This document shows, piece after piece, positions 46,901-59,400 of a DNA stretch of 64,000 nucleotides. Origin of the DNA: Ranitomeya imitator (Eukaryota). The DNA lies in contig NC_091291.1 of NCBI RefSeq assembly GCF_032444005.1, positions 7,998,001 to 8,062,000 of the forward strand, written 5' to 3'. The notes under the pieces were generated by a model that saw nothing but the letters and a program-made list of their open reading frames with translations, had not been told where the DNA came from and searched no databases. The translations under genes were made by a program, and so were the position numbers. Each line of letters opens with the position of its first letter. Within the stretch, counting starts at the first letter, position 1.

Positions 46901-49771
46901 ATGCTTCACTGTATACATCACTGATCCTCCACCATGCTTCACTGTATATATCACAGAGCCTCCACCATGCTTCACTGTATATATCACTGATCCTCCGCCA
47001 TGCTTCACTGTATATATCACAGAGCCTCCACCATGCTTCACTGCATACATCACAGGGCCTCCACCATACTTCACTGTAAACATCACTGATCCTCCGCCAT
47101 GCTTCACTGTATATATCACAGAGCCTCCACCATGCTTCACTGCATACATCACAGGGCCTCCACCATACTTCACTGTAAACATCACTGATCCTCCACCATG
47201 CTTCACTGTATATATCACTGATCCTCCGCCATGCTTCACTGTATACATCACTGATCCTCCACCATGCTTCACTGTATATATCACAGAGCCTCCACCATGC
47301 TTCACTGTATATATCACAGAGCCTCCACCATGCTTCACTGCATACATCACAGGGCCTCCACCATGCTTCACTGCATACATCACAGGGCCTCCACCATGCT
47401 TCACTGCATACATCACAGGGCCTCCACCATACTTCACTGTAAACATCACTGATCCTCCACCATGCTTCACTGTATATATCACTGATCCTCCGCCATGCTT
47501 CACTGTATATATCACTGATCCTCCGCCATGCTTCACTGTATATATCACAGAGCCTCCACCATGCTTCACTGCATACATCACAGGGCCTCCACCATACTTC
47601 ACTGTAAACATCACTGATCCTCCACCATGCTTCACTGTATATATCACTGATCCTCCGCCATGCTTCACTGTATATATCACTGATCCTCCGCCATGCTTCA
47701 CTGTATATATCACAGAGCCTCCATCATACTTCACTGTATACATCACTGATCCTCCACCATGCTTCACTGTATACATCACTGATCCTCCACCATGCTTCAC
47801 TGTATACATCACTGATCCTCCACCATGCTTCACTGTACATATCACAGAGCCTCCACCATGCTTCACTGTATATATCACAGAGCCTCCACCATGCTTCACT
47901 GCATACATCACAGGGCCTCCACCATGCTTCACTGCATACATCACAGGGCCTCCACCATGCTTCACTGTATACATCACAGGGCCTCCACCATGCTTCACTG
48001 CATACATCACTGATCCTCCACCATACTTCACTGTATATATCACAGAGCCTCCACCATGCTTCACTGTATACATCACTGATCCTCCACCATGCTTCACTGT
48101 ATATATCACAGAGCCTCCACCATGCTTCACTGTATATATCACTGATCCTCCGCCATGCTTCACTGTATATATCACAGAGCCTCCGCCATGCTTCACTGCA
48201 TACATCACAGGGCCTCCACCATACTTCACTGTAAACATCACTGATCCTCCACCATGCTTCACTGTATATATCACAGAGCCTCCACCATACTTCACTGTAT
48301 ACATCACTGATCCTCCACCATACTTCACTGTATACATCACTGATCCTCCACCATGCTTCACTGTATATATCACTGATCCTCCACCATGCTTCACTGTATA
48401 CATCACTGATCCTCCACCATGCTTCACTGTATATATCACTGATCCTCCGCCATGCTTCACTGTATACATCACAGGGCCTCCACCATGCTTCACTGCATAC
48501 ATCACAGGGCCTCCACCATGCTTCACTGTATACATCACAGGGCCTCCACCATGCTTCACTGCATACATCACAGGGCCTCCGCCATGCTTCACTGTATATA
48601 TCACAGAACCTCCACCATGCTTCACTGTATATATCACAGAGCCTCCACCATGCTTCACTGTATATATCACAGAGCCTCCACCATGCTTCACTGTATATAT
48701 CACAGAACCTCCATCATGCTTCACTGTATACATCACAGAGCCTCCACCATGCTTCACTGTATACATCACAGAGCCTCCACCATGCTTCACTGTATATATC
48801 ACAGAACCTCCACCATGCTTCACTGTATACATCACAGAACCTCCGCCATGCTTCACTGTATACATCACAGGGCCTCCACCATACTTCACTGTATACATCA
48901 CAGGGCCTCCACCATACTTCACTGTATACATCACAGAGCCTCCACCATGCTTCACTGTATATATCACAGAGCCTCCACCATGCTTCACTGTATATATCAC
49001 AGAACCTCCGCCATGCTTCACTGTATACATCACAGGGCCTCCACCATACTTCACTGTATACATCACAGAACCTCCACCACGCTTCACTGTATATTGTGAG
49101 CCTCCACCATGCTTCACTGTATATATCACTGATCCTCCACCATGCTTCACTGTATACATCACAGAGCCTCCACCATGCTTCACTGTATACATCACAGGGC
49201 CTCCACCATACTTCACTGTATACATCACAGAACCTCCACCACGCTTCACTGTATATTGTGAGCCTCCACCATGCTTCACTGTATATATCACTGATCCTCC
49301 ACCATGCTTCACTGTATACATCACAGGGCCTCCACCATACTTCACTGTATACATCACAGAACCTCCACCACGCTTCACTGTATATTGTGAGCCTCCACCA
49401 TGCTTCACTGTATATATCACTGATCCTCCGCCATGCTTCACTGTATACATCACAGAGCCTCCACCATGCTTCACAGTACACATCACAGGGCCTCCACCAT
49501 GCTTCACTGCATACATCACAGGGCCTCCGCCATGCTTCACTGTATATATCACAGAGCCTCCACCATGCTTCACTGCATACATCACAGGGCCTCCGCCATG
49601 CTTCACTGTATACATCACAGGGCCTCCACCATGCTTCACTGCATACATCACAGGGCCTCCACCATGCTTCACTGCATACATCACAGGGCCTCCGCCATGC
49701 TTCACTGTATACATCACAGAACCTCCACCATGCTTCACTGTATATTGTGAGCCTCCGCCATGATTCACTGT
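43912..49771. repeat. 33-bp minisatellite (~178 copies) in the LIN37 5' UTR intron
   Basis: Unit CACAGAGCCTCCACCATGCTTCACTGTATACAT; the minus strand reads YTVKHGGGSVM per unit. Confidence 0.96.
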
Positions 49772-50129
49772 AGGCTTGTGGCAGATTGGAGGTGCCTTTT
49801 CTTGCACTTTTAGGTCAGTAGACTTTATCTCTCGGAGTTCTGCAGACCTCCAGTGTTTATTATGCACCTTACTGTGAGAATTGTATCCTCAGTGCCGGCT
49901 GCCAACAAATCTTACTGCAGTCACTGAAGCCGGCGTCATCTTCTCTGCCGGTATAGCGCGTAGCAGGTTATAACAGCCAGGCGGGCTCTCCTCTGCACGA
50001 AGCTCATAGAGGACGGACACTCCTCCGCCTCCAGCGCTCAGTACAGGAGCTCGGAGACCCCCCCGTGTTACCGTGCACACCCGCGGACTCTCCTCCCGGA
50101 CTCTCCCGGTCTCCGTTACCGACTCAACT

Positions 50130-50500
50130 CACCTTAAAACCCGCTCCTGTTCTGGCCACGCCTCCCGCCCCATCATACCCCTTACTTCCAAACATAACTA
50201 TTGGTTCTCATACGTGCACGTCACAGCAATTCAGCCAATCAGAGGTGTGTAAACCATGTTACGCCTCTTGTACGTGCGTAATGACGTAGTTTGACGCAGA
50301 GTTCTGCGGAAGGCCTGACGGGTAATGTAGTTCATTGTGCCCTTTGTGAGGGACTTGGCCTCCCAGAATCCTGTGCGGCGTGGTTACAGTTGCTAAGGCG
50401 ACCCGCGGCCGGAAACGGCGGGAGGTTCGAGTGCAGGAGACCGAGGAGAGCGGATGTCAGCACGTCACATCCCGGACCCGACACGTCCTCTCGGTATTTA
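50130..50500. promoter_or_regulatory. Probable bidirectional promoter LIN37/PROSER3
   Basis: CpG-rich island between divergent genes, with CCAAT (50235-50239), CRE-like TGACGT (~50282), ETS CCGGAA (~50410), a minus-strand donor at 50132 and a candidate plus-strand donor near 50494. Confidence 0.6.
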
Positions 50501-50896
50501 TCAGCTTCTTACTCGTTAAAAGCGTGTATCTGCTGTCACCAAACGTCAACCTGAGTGACCACTGATTGTCTGCTGCGGTATCATCATAGCCATACTGCTG
50601 CTGACAATCGCTGCCATCTACAGAGCTCAGAGATTGGCTGCGGCGGTGACAGCGCTGCTGACAATCACTGCTGTCTACGGAGCTGCGAACGTCAGGGATT
50701 GGCTGCACTGGTGTCAACATAGCAATAGCGCTGCTTACAATCACTGCCATCTACAATGCAAGGGGGTCAGAGATTGCCTGCAGCGGTGATGTCATTGCGC
50801 TGCAGACAATCACTGCTGTCTACAGAGCTGCAAAGGTCAGAGATTGGCTGCACTGGTGTCAACATAGCTATACTGCTGCTGATAATAACTGCCATT

Positions 50897-53800
50897 TACA
50901 GAGCTCCGGGATTGGCTGCAGTGTTCACGTGATGGTGGTGCAGACAATCGCTGCTGTCTACAGAGCTCCGGGATTGGCTGCAGTGTTCACGTGATGGTGG
51001 TGCAGATACTCGCTGCTGTATACAGAGCTCCGGGATTGGCTGCAGTGTTCACGTGATGGTGGTGCAGACACTCGCTGCTGTATACAGAGCTCCGGGATTG
51101 GCTGCAGTGTTCACGTGATGGTGGTGCAGACAATCGCTGCTGTCTACAGAGCTCCGGGATTGGCTGCAGTGTTCACGTGATGGTGGTGCAGATACTCACT
51201 GTTGTCTACAGAGCTCCGGGATTGGCTGCAGTGTTCACGTGATGGTGATGCAGACACTCGCTGCTGTCTACAGAGCTCCGGGATTGGCTGCAGTGTTCAT
51301 GTGATGGTGGTGCAGATACTCACTGTCTACAGAGCTCCGGGATTGGCTGCAGTGTTCACGTGATGGTGGTGCAGACACTCGCTGCTGTCTACAGAGCTCC
51401 GGGATTGGCTGCAGTGTTCACGTGATGGTGGTGCAGACACTCACTGCTGTCTACAGAGCTCCGGGATTGGCTGCAGTGTTCACGTGATGGTGATGCAGAC
51501 ACTCGTTGCTGTATACAGAGCTCCGGGATTGGCTGCAGTGTTCATGTGATGGTGGTGCAGACAATCGCTGCTGTATACAGAGCTCCGGGATTGGCTGCAG
51601 TGTTCACGTGATGGTGGTGCAGACACTCGCTGCTGTCTACAGAGCTCCGGGATTGGCTGCAGTGTTCACGTGATGGTGATGTAGACAGTCGTTGCTGTAT
51701 ACAGAGCTCTGGGATTGGCTGCAGTGTTCACGTGATGGTGGTGCAGACACTCGCTGATGTCTACAGAGCTCCGGGATTGACTGCAGTGTTCACGTGATGG
51801 TGGTGCAGACAATCGCTGCTGTCTACAGAGCTCAGGGATTGGCTGCAGTGTTCACGTGATGGTGGTGCAGACACTCGCTGCTGTCTACAGAGCTCCGGGA
51901 TTGGCTGCAGTGTTCACGTGATGGTGATGCAGACACTCGCTGCTGTATACAGAGCTCCGGGATTGGCTGCAGTGTTCACGTGATGGTGGTGCAGACACTC
52001 GCTGTTGTCTACAGAGCTCTGGGATTGGCTGCAGTGTTCATGTCATGGTGGTGCAGACACTCGCTGCTGTCTACAGAGCTCCGGGATTGGCTGCAGTGTT
52101 CACGTGATGGTGGTGCAGACAATCGCTGATGTCTACAGAGCTCCGGGATTGGCTGCAGTGTTCACGTGATGGTGGTGCAGACAATCGCTGCTGTCTACAG
52201 AGCTCAGGGATTGGCTGCAGTGTTCACGTGATGGTGGTGCAGACACTCGCTGCTGTCTACAGAGCTCCGGGATTGGCTGCAGTGTTCACGTGATGGTGGT
52301 GCAGACACTCGCTGCTGTCTACAGAGCTCCGGGATTGGCTGCAGTGTTCACGTGATGGTGGTGCAGACACTCGCTGCTGTATACAGAGCTCTGGGATTGG
52401 CTGCAGTGTTCACGTGATAGTGATGCAGACACTCGTTGCTGTATACAGAGCCCCGGGATTGGCTGCAGTGTTCACGTGATGGTGGTGCAGACACTCACTG
52501 CTGTCTACAGAGCCCCGGGATTGGCTGCAGTGTTCACGTGATGGTGATGCAGACACTCGTTGCTGTATACAGAGCTCCGGGATTGGCTGCAGTGTTCACG
52601 TGATGGTGGTGCAGACACTCGCTGATGTCTACAGAGCTCCGGGATTGGCTGCAGTGTTCACGTGATGGTGGTGCCGACACTCGCTGCTGTCTACAGAGCT
52701 CCGGGATTGGCTGCAGTGTTCACGTGATGGTGGTGCAGACACTCGCTGATGTCTACAGAGCTCTAGGATTGGCTGCAGTGTTCACGTGATGGTGGTGCAG
52801 ACACTCGCTGCTGTCTACAGAGCTCCGGGATTGACTGCAGTGTTCACGTGATGGTGGTGCAGACAATCGCTGCTGTCTACAGAGCTCAGGGATTGGCTGC
52901 AGTGTTCACGTGATGGTGGTGCAGACACTCGCTGCTGTCTACAGAGCTCCGGGATTGGCTGCAGTGTTCACGTGATGGTGGTGCAGACACTCGCTGCTGT
53001 ATACAGAGCTCCGGGATTGGCTGCAGTGTTCACGTGATGGTGGTGCAGACACTCGCTGTTGTCTACAGAGCTCTGGGATTGGCTGCAGTGTTCATGTCAT
53101 GGTGGTGCAGACACTCGCTGCTGTCTACAGAGCTCCGGGATTGGCTGCAGTGTTCACGTGATGGTGGTGCAGACAATCGCTGATGTCTACAGAGCTCCGG
53201 GATTGGCTGCAGTGTTCACGTGATGGTGGTGCAGACAATCGCTGCTGTCTACAGAGCTCAGGGATTGGCTGCAGTGTTCACGTGATGGTGGTGCAGACAC
53301 TCGCTGCTGTATACAGAGCTCTAGGATTGGCTGCAGTGTTCACGTGATGGTGGTGCAGACACTCGCTGCTGTATACAGAGCTCCGGGATTGGCTGCAGTG
53401 TTCACGTGATGGTGGTGCAGACACTCGCTGCTGTATACAGAGCTCCAGGATTGGCTGCAGTGTTCACGTGATGGTGGTGCAGACACTCGCTGCTGTCTAC
53501 AGAGCTCCGGGATTGGCTGCAGTGTTCACGTGATGGTGGTGCAGACACTCGCTGATGTCTACAGAGCTCTAGGATTGGCTGCAGTGTTCACATGATGGTG
53601 GTGCAGACACTCGCTGCTGTATACAGAGCTCTAGGATTGGCTGCAGTGTTCACGTGATGGTGGTGCAGACACTCGCTGCTGTCTACAGAGCTCCGGGATT
53701 GGCTGCAGTGTTCACGTGATGGTGGTGCAGACACTCACTGCTGTCTACAGAGCTCCGGGATTGGCTGCAGTGTTCACGTGATGGTGGTGCAGACACTCGC

Positions 53801-56050
53801 TGCTGTATACAGAGCTCCGGGATTGGCTGCAGTGTTCACGTGATGGTGGTGCAGACACTCGCTGCTGTCTACAGAGCTCCGGGATTGGCTGCAGTGTTCA
53901 CGTGATGGTGGTGCAGACAATCGCTGCTGTCTACAGAGCTCAGGGATTGGCTGCAGTGTTCACGTGATGGTGGTGCAGACACTCGCTGCTGTATACAGAG
54001 CTCTAGGATTGGCTGCAGTGTTCACGTGATGGTGGTGCAGACACTCGCTGCTGTATACAGAGCTCCGGGATTGGCTGCAGTGTTCACGTGATGGTGGTGC
54101 AGACACTCGCTGCTGTATACAGAGCTCCAGGATTGGCTGCAGTGTTCACGTGATGGTGGTGCAGACACTCGCTGCTGTCTACAGAGCTCCGGGATTGGCT
54201 GCAGTGTTCACGTGATGGTGGTGCAGACACTCGCTGATGTCTACAGAGCTCTAGGATTGGCTGCAGTGTTCACGTGATGGTGGTGCAGACACTCGCTGCT
54301 GTATACAGAGCTCTAGGATTGGCTGCAGTGTTCACGTGATGGTGGTGCAGACACTCGCTGCTGTCTACAGAGCTCCGGGATTGGCTGCAGTGTTCACGTG
54401 ATGGTGGTGCAGACACTCACTGCTGTCTACAGAGCTCCGGGATTGGCTGCAGTGTTCACGTGATGGTGGTGCAGACACTCGCTGCTGTCTACAGAGCTCC
54501 GGGATTGGCTGCAGTGTTCACGTGATGGTGATGCAGACACTCGCTGCTGTATACAGAGCTCCGGGATTGGCTGCAGTGTTCACGTGATGGTGGTGCAGAC
54601 ACTCGCTGTTGTCTACAGAGCTCCGGGATTGGCTGCAGTGTTCATGTCATGGTGGTGCAGACACTCGCTGCTGTCTACAGAGCTCCGGGATTGGCTGCAG
54701 TGTTCACGTGATGGTGGTGCAGACAATCGCTGATGTCTACAGAGCTCCGGGATTGGCTGCAGTGTTCACGTGATGGTGGTGCAGACAATCGCTGCTGTCT
54801 ACAGAGCTCAGGGATTGGCTGCAGTGTTCACGTGATGGTGGTGCAGACACTCGCTGCTGTCTACAGAGCTCCGGGATTGGCTGCAGTGTTCACGTGATGG
54901 TGGTGCAGACACTCGCTGCTGTCTACAGAGCTCCGGGATTGGCTGCAGTGTTCACGTGATGGTGGTGCAGACACTCGCTGCTGTATACAGAGCTCTGGGA
55001 TTGGCTGCAGTGTTCACGTGATAGTGATGCAGACACTCGTTGCTGTATACAGAGCCCCGGGATTGGCTGCAGTGTTCACGTGATGGTGGTGCAGACACTC
55101 ACTGCTGTCTACAGAGCCCCGGGATTGGCTGCAGTGTTCACGTGATGGTGATGCAGACACTCGTTGCTGTATACAGAGCTCCGGGATTGGCTGCAGTGTT
55201 CACGTGATGGTGGTGCAGACACTCGCTGATGTCTACAGAGCTCCGGGATTGGCTGCAGTGTTCACGTGATGGTGGTGCCGACACTCGCTGCTGTCTACAG
55301 AGCTCCGGGATTGGCTGCAGTGTTCACGTGATGGTGGTGCAGACACTCGCTGATGTCTACAGAGCTCTAGGATTGGCTGCAGTGTTCACGTGATGGTGGT
55401 GCAGACACTCGCTGCTGTATACAGAGCTCCGGGATTGGCTGCAGTGTTCACGTGATGGTGGTGCAGACACTCGCTGCTGTATACAGAGCTCCAGGATTGG
55501 CTGCAGTGTTCACGTGATGGTGGTGCAGACACTCGCTGCTGTATACAGAGCTCTAGGATTGGCTGCAGTGTTCACGTGATGGTGGTGCAGACACTCGCTG
55601 CTGTATACAGAGCTCCGGGATTGGCTGCAGTGTTCACGTGATGGTGGTGCAGACACTCGCTGCTGTATACAGAGCTCCAGGATTGGCTGCAGTGTTCACG
55701 TGATGGTGGTGCAGACACTCACTGCTGTCTACAGAGCTCCGGGATTGGCTGCAGTGTTCACGTGATGGTGGTGCAGACAATCGCTGCTGTATACAGAGCT
55801 CCGGGATTGACTGCAGTGTTCACGTGATGGTGGTGCAGACACTCACTGCTGTCTACAGAGCTCCGGGATTGGCTGCAGTGTTCACGTGATGGTGGTGCAG
55901 ACACTCGCTGATGTCTACAGAGCTCTAGGATTGGCTGCAGTGTTCACGTGATGGTGGTGCAGACACTCGCTGCTGTATATAGAGCTCCAGGATTGGCTGC
56001 AGTGTTCACGTGATGGTGGTGCAGACACTCGCTGATGTCTACAGAGCTAT
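50897..56050. repeat. 62-bp satellite (~83 copies) in the PROSER3 5' intron
   Basis: Unit CTACAGAGCTCCGGGATTGGCTGCAGTGTTCACGTGATGGTGGTGCAGACACTCGCTGCTGT; degenerate relatives on both flanks. Confidence 0.96.
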
Positions 56051-56411
56051 GAAGCTCAGTAATTGTCTGCAGCGGTGACATGATGGCGATAGTGGTGCAG
56101 AAATCGCTGGCAGCTATGAAGCTCAGGGATTGGCTGCAGCGTTAATAACAGCGCTAGCATTGCATACAATCACTGCGGTCTACAGAACCATTGAGTTCTG
56201 TGATTGGTTGCAGCTCTGCCAATGTGACGTCACCGCTGCAGACAATCCCTGTGATGAGCACATCCTTCTGTGTAATGGCCACCTTAGTTGTCACCCAGCT
56301 GTCCCAATGTTTAGTAGAAGAACTGACTCCAGGACTCCTGATGATAATAATAATATTTTCCTGCAGAGATCTGAGGAATCGGGAAGGAGAAGCTGCAGGG
56401 GTCGGAGCACC

Positions 56412-59400
56412 ATGAAGAGCAGGTACACTGCGTCCCCGGGCCGTCCCTCCCCCACCTGCTGCTCACTGTGCCATGTGTGCCTCTAGGGGGCGCTGTAGAT
56501 AATACTTCCCTATGATGCGTAACCCCGGCTCCTGGGCACAGCGTGGCGCACATGTTCTGGTTCCGTGTGATCGAGCGCTCGCCTTTTTCTTCTTTTGTCC
56601 GTGTACCTGAGACTGGAAGCCGATCCGCAGCCTTAATAATGAATGAGCCCCGGGCGGCCGTCACCGATACGGCATTTTCCAGGCTGCGAGTTTTATCCAT
56701 CGCCTCTTCGTACTGATCTAATATAAACCTATAATGATGGCGTGTGATATACAGTGGGGTGTAAAAGTCTAGGCACCCCTGGTCACAATTCCTGTTGAAG
56801 GTGAAATGATTGATTAACATTTTTAAAAATTACAAAAAGGAAAATAGGCTGATGCAAAAGTCTGTGCACCCTGCATGGTTATTACCTAGTAGCGCCCCCT
56901 TTTGCAAGTATCACAGCTTGTAGATGCTTTTTGTAGCCAGACGACAGTCTTCCTATTCTTCTCTGGTGGATTTTCTCTCCAGTTCTGTGACATTCCTGGG
57001 TCGTCTTGCTTCCTCTGCTATTTTGAGGTCACAGATTTTCAATGATGATCAGATCAGGGGACTGTGAGGGCCATTGTAAAACCTTCAGCTTGCGGCTTTT
57101 GAGGTCGTTTATTGTGGATTGTGACGTGTTTAGGGTCAGTATCCATCTGTAGCAGCCATCTTCTTCCTCTCTTCACCTTCAGCTTTTTTTTACAGATGGT
57201 TTTATGTTTGCATCAAGAATTTGTTGAAATTTCATTGAATCCATTCTTCTCTCTACCCCTGAAATGTTCCTCGTGCCATTGGCTGCAACACAACCCCAAA
57301 GCATGATTGATCCACCACCATGCTTAATGGTGGGCGAGATGTTCTTTCCCTGAAAATCTGTGACCTTTTTTTCTCCACACATATGCGTGAGCATTGTGGC
57401 CACAGCGATCGATTTTTATCCTCATTGGTCCACAGAAATTGTTTCCACAATGCGTCAAGGTTATTTAGATGTTCTTTTGCATACCTCTGATGCTGCATTT
57501 TATGGTGAGGACGCAGAAGAGGTTTTCTGCTGATGACCCTTCCATTAAGGCCATATTTGTGCAGGGAATAAACAAAAAAAGTTACACTCTGTAGAACTAA
57601 GGCACGTCAATATGAAATATATTAATAGCAATACTGCCTCTGAATACTAGGAAAAAAGGAGACGCTTAGCACATAATTTGGCCAATGCTTTCCTGCCCAG
57701 CAACCAACAACAAGGTATTTTTTTGTGTTTATTGTATATGGAGATGGCTGCTCCTAGAATGCACCTGTTCACATTAGCTTAGAAGTGCCAGTCAGTCTTT
57801 TGTCACATATTTGTGCAGGGTTTCTGAACAGTCTTACTGAAGGTCTGTTGCTGTGAAGCAGGGGGTTCTGATTTGCTTCTCTATCAATCCTACGAGCAGC
57901 TCTCACTGACATTTTGCTTGGTCTTCCAGACCTTATCTTGACCTCCACTGTTCCATTTCTTAATTACATTTTGAACTGAGGAAAGGGTAACCTGTAAACG
58001 CTTTGCTTTCTTCTTATAGCTTCTCCTGCTTTGTGGCCTCCACCATTTTCAGAGTGTAGATCCCATGGGTGCGGCTTTAGGCACAATGTTGGAGGAGGCT
58101 GGGTTTTTATAAAGCTGGGAGATTAGTAAACGAGCCATAACCCTAACGGGCTAATTAAGGGCAGAAAGCTTGGACCAAGTAATCTGACCACACAGAAGTC
58201 CAGGGGCGCCCAGACTTTTGCATGCCACTGTACCGTGCATATTATATGGCCCTGTGCTGTGTTTCATCCGTCACCTCCTCGTACTGATACGATATATATT
58301 ATAATGATGCCGTGTGATATATTCTGCACGTTATATAACATTGTGCTGGGTTTTTTTTTCAGCGTTGCGGTGTTCTCCAACCAGGGCGACCCTTTCCCGA
58401 CCCAAACAAGAGCCAGGACTCACTATCGCCCGTCCGTTCCCCAAACACTTAATGATGCGCAGAAACAAACCGTAAGTGCTGCACACAACCATGTCAGTAG
58501 AGGGGGTAATGCAGGGGAACATCCGGCGGCAGAGAATCGACCATACACCACGACGTCCGACCAATCACGTGCGTCTCCTGCAGGTTCTCAGCCCGGATCG
58601 GCTCCGTTCTCTTCCTCACCACCTGTCTGACGCCCTCAGCCCCCCTGATCTCAGCTTCCTTGTGGGATCCCAGCGGCTGCTGCCCGGCCTTCCCGAGTCA
58701 GAGCCGCCCGAGCCTTGTGATGAATCGTGGCCGTCCACAGAAGGAAGCAGTAAGACCCCAGAGCGGGATGAGGGGCCGGCTGACCCCACTAGTGGAGAGA
58801 CCGATAAGCAGCGAGCCCCGGGGTCTGAGCACTCAGTGCTGGCAAGGTGACTAATAACACTGCTAATGTAATGTATGTACCAGCAGAATAGTGAGTGCAG
58901 CTCTGGGGGATAACACAGGATGTAACTCAGGATCAGTAATGTAATGTATGTACACAGTGACTGCACCAGCAGAATAGTGAGTGCAGCTCTGGGGTATAAT
59001 ACAGGATGTAACTCAGGATCAGTAATGTAATGTATGTACACAGTGACTGCACCAGCAGAATAGTGAGTGCAGCTCTGGGGTATAATACAGGATATAACTC
59101 TGGATCAGTAATGTAATGTATGTGCACAGTGACTGCACCAGCAGAATAGTGAGTGCAGCTCTGGAGTATAATACAGGAGGTAACTCAGGATCAGTAATGT
59201 AATGTATGTACACAGTGACTGCACCAGCAGAATAGTGAGTGCAGCTCTGGAGTATAATACAGGAGGTAACTCAGGATCAGTAATGTAATGTATGTACACA
59301 GTGACTGCACCAGCAGAATAGTGAGTGCAGCTCTGGAGTATAATACAGGAGGTAACTCAGGATCAGTAATGTAATGTATGTACACAGTGACTGCACCAGC

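Noticed and set aside
43900-49867. 1384-aa, 641-aa and 443-aa His/Cys- or Gly-rich ORFs
   Set aside because: They are products of the 33-bp minisatellite, with no evidence of a real protein gene.
50417-50431. CDE/CHR-like element (GGCGG-4nt-TTCGAG) suggesting DREAM autoregulation near LIN37
   Set aside because: The CHR match is imperfect and short, and it lies on the PROSER3 side of the promoter; chance is likely.
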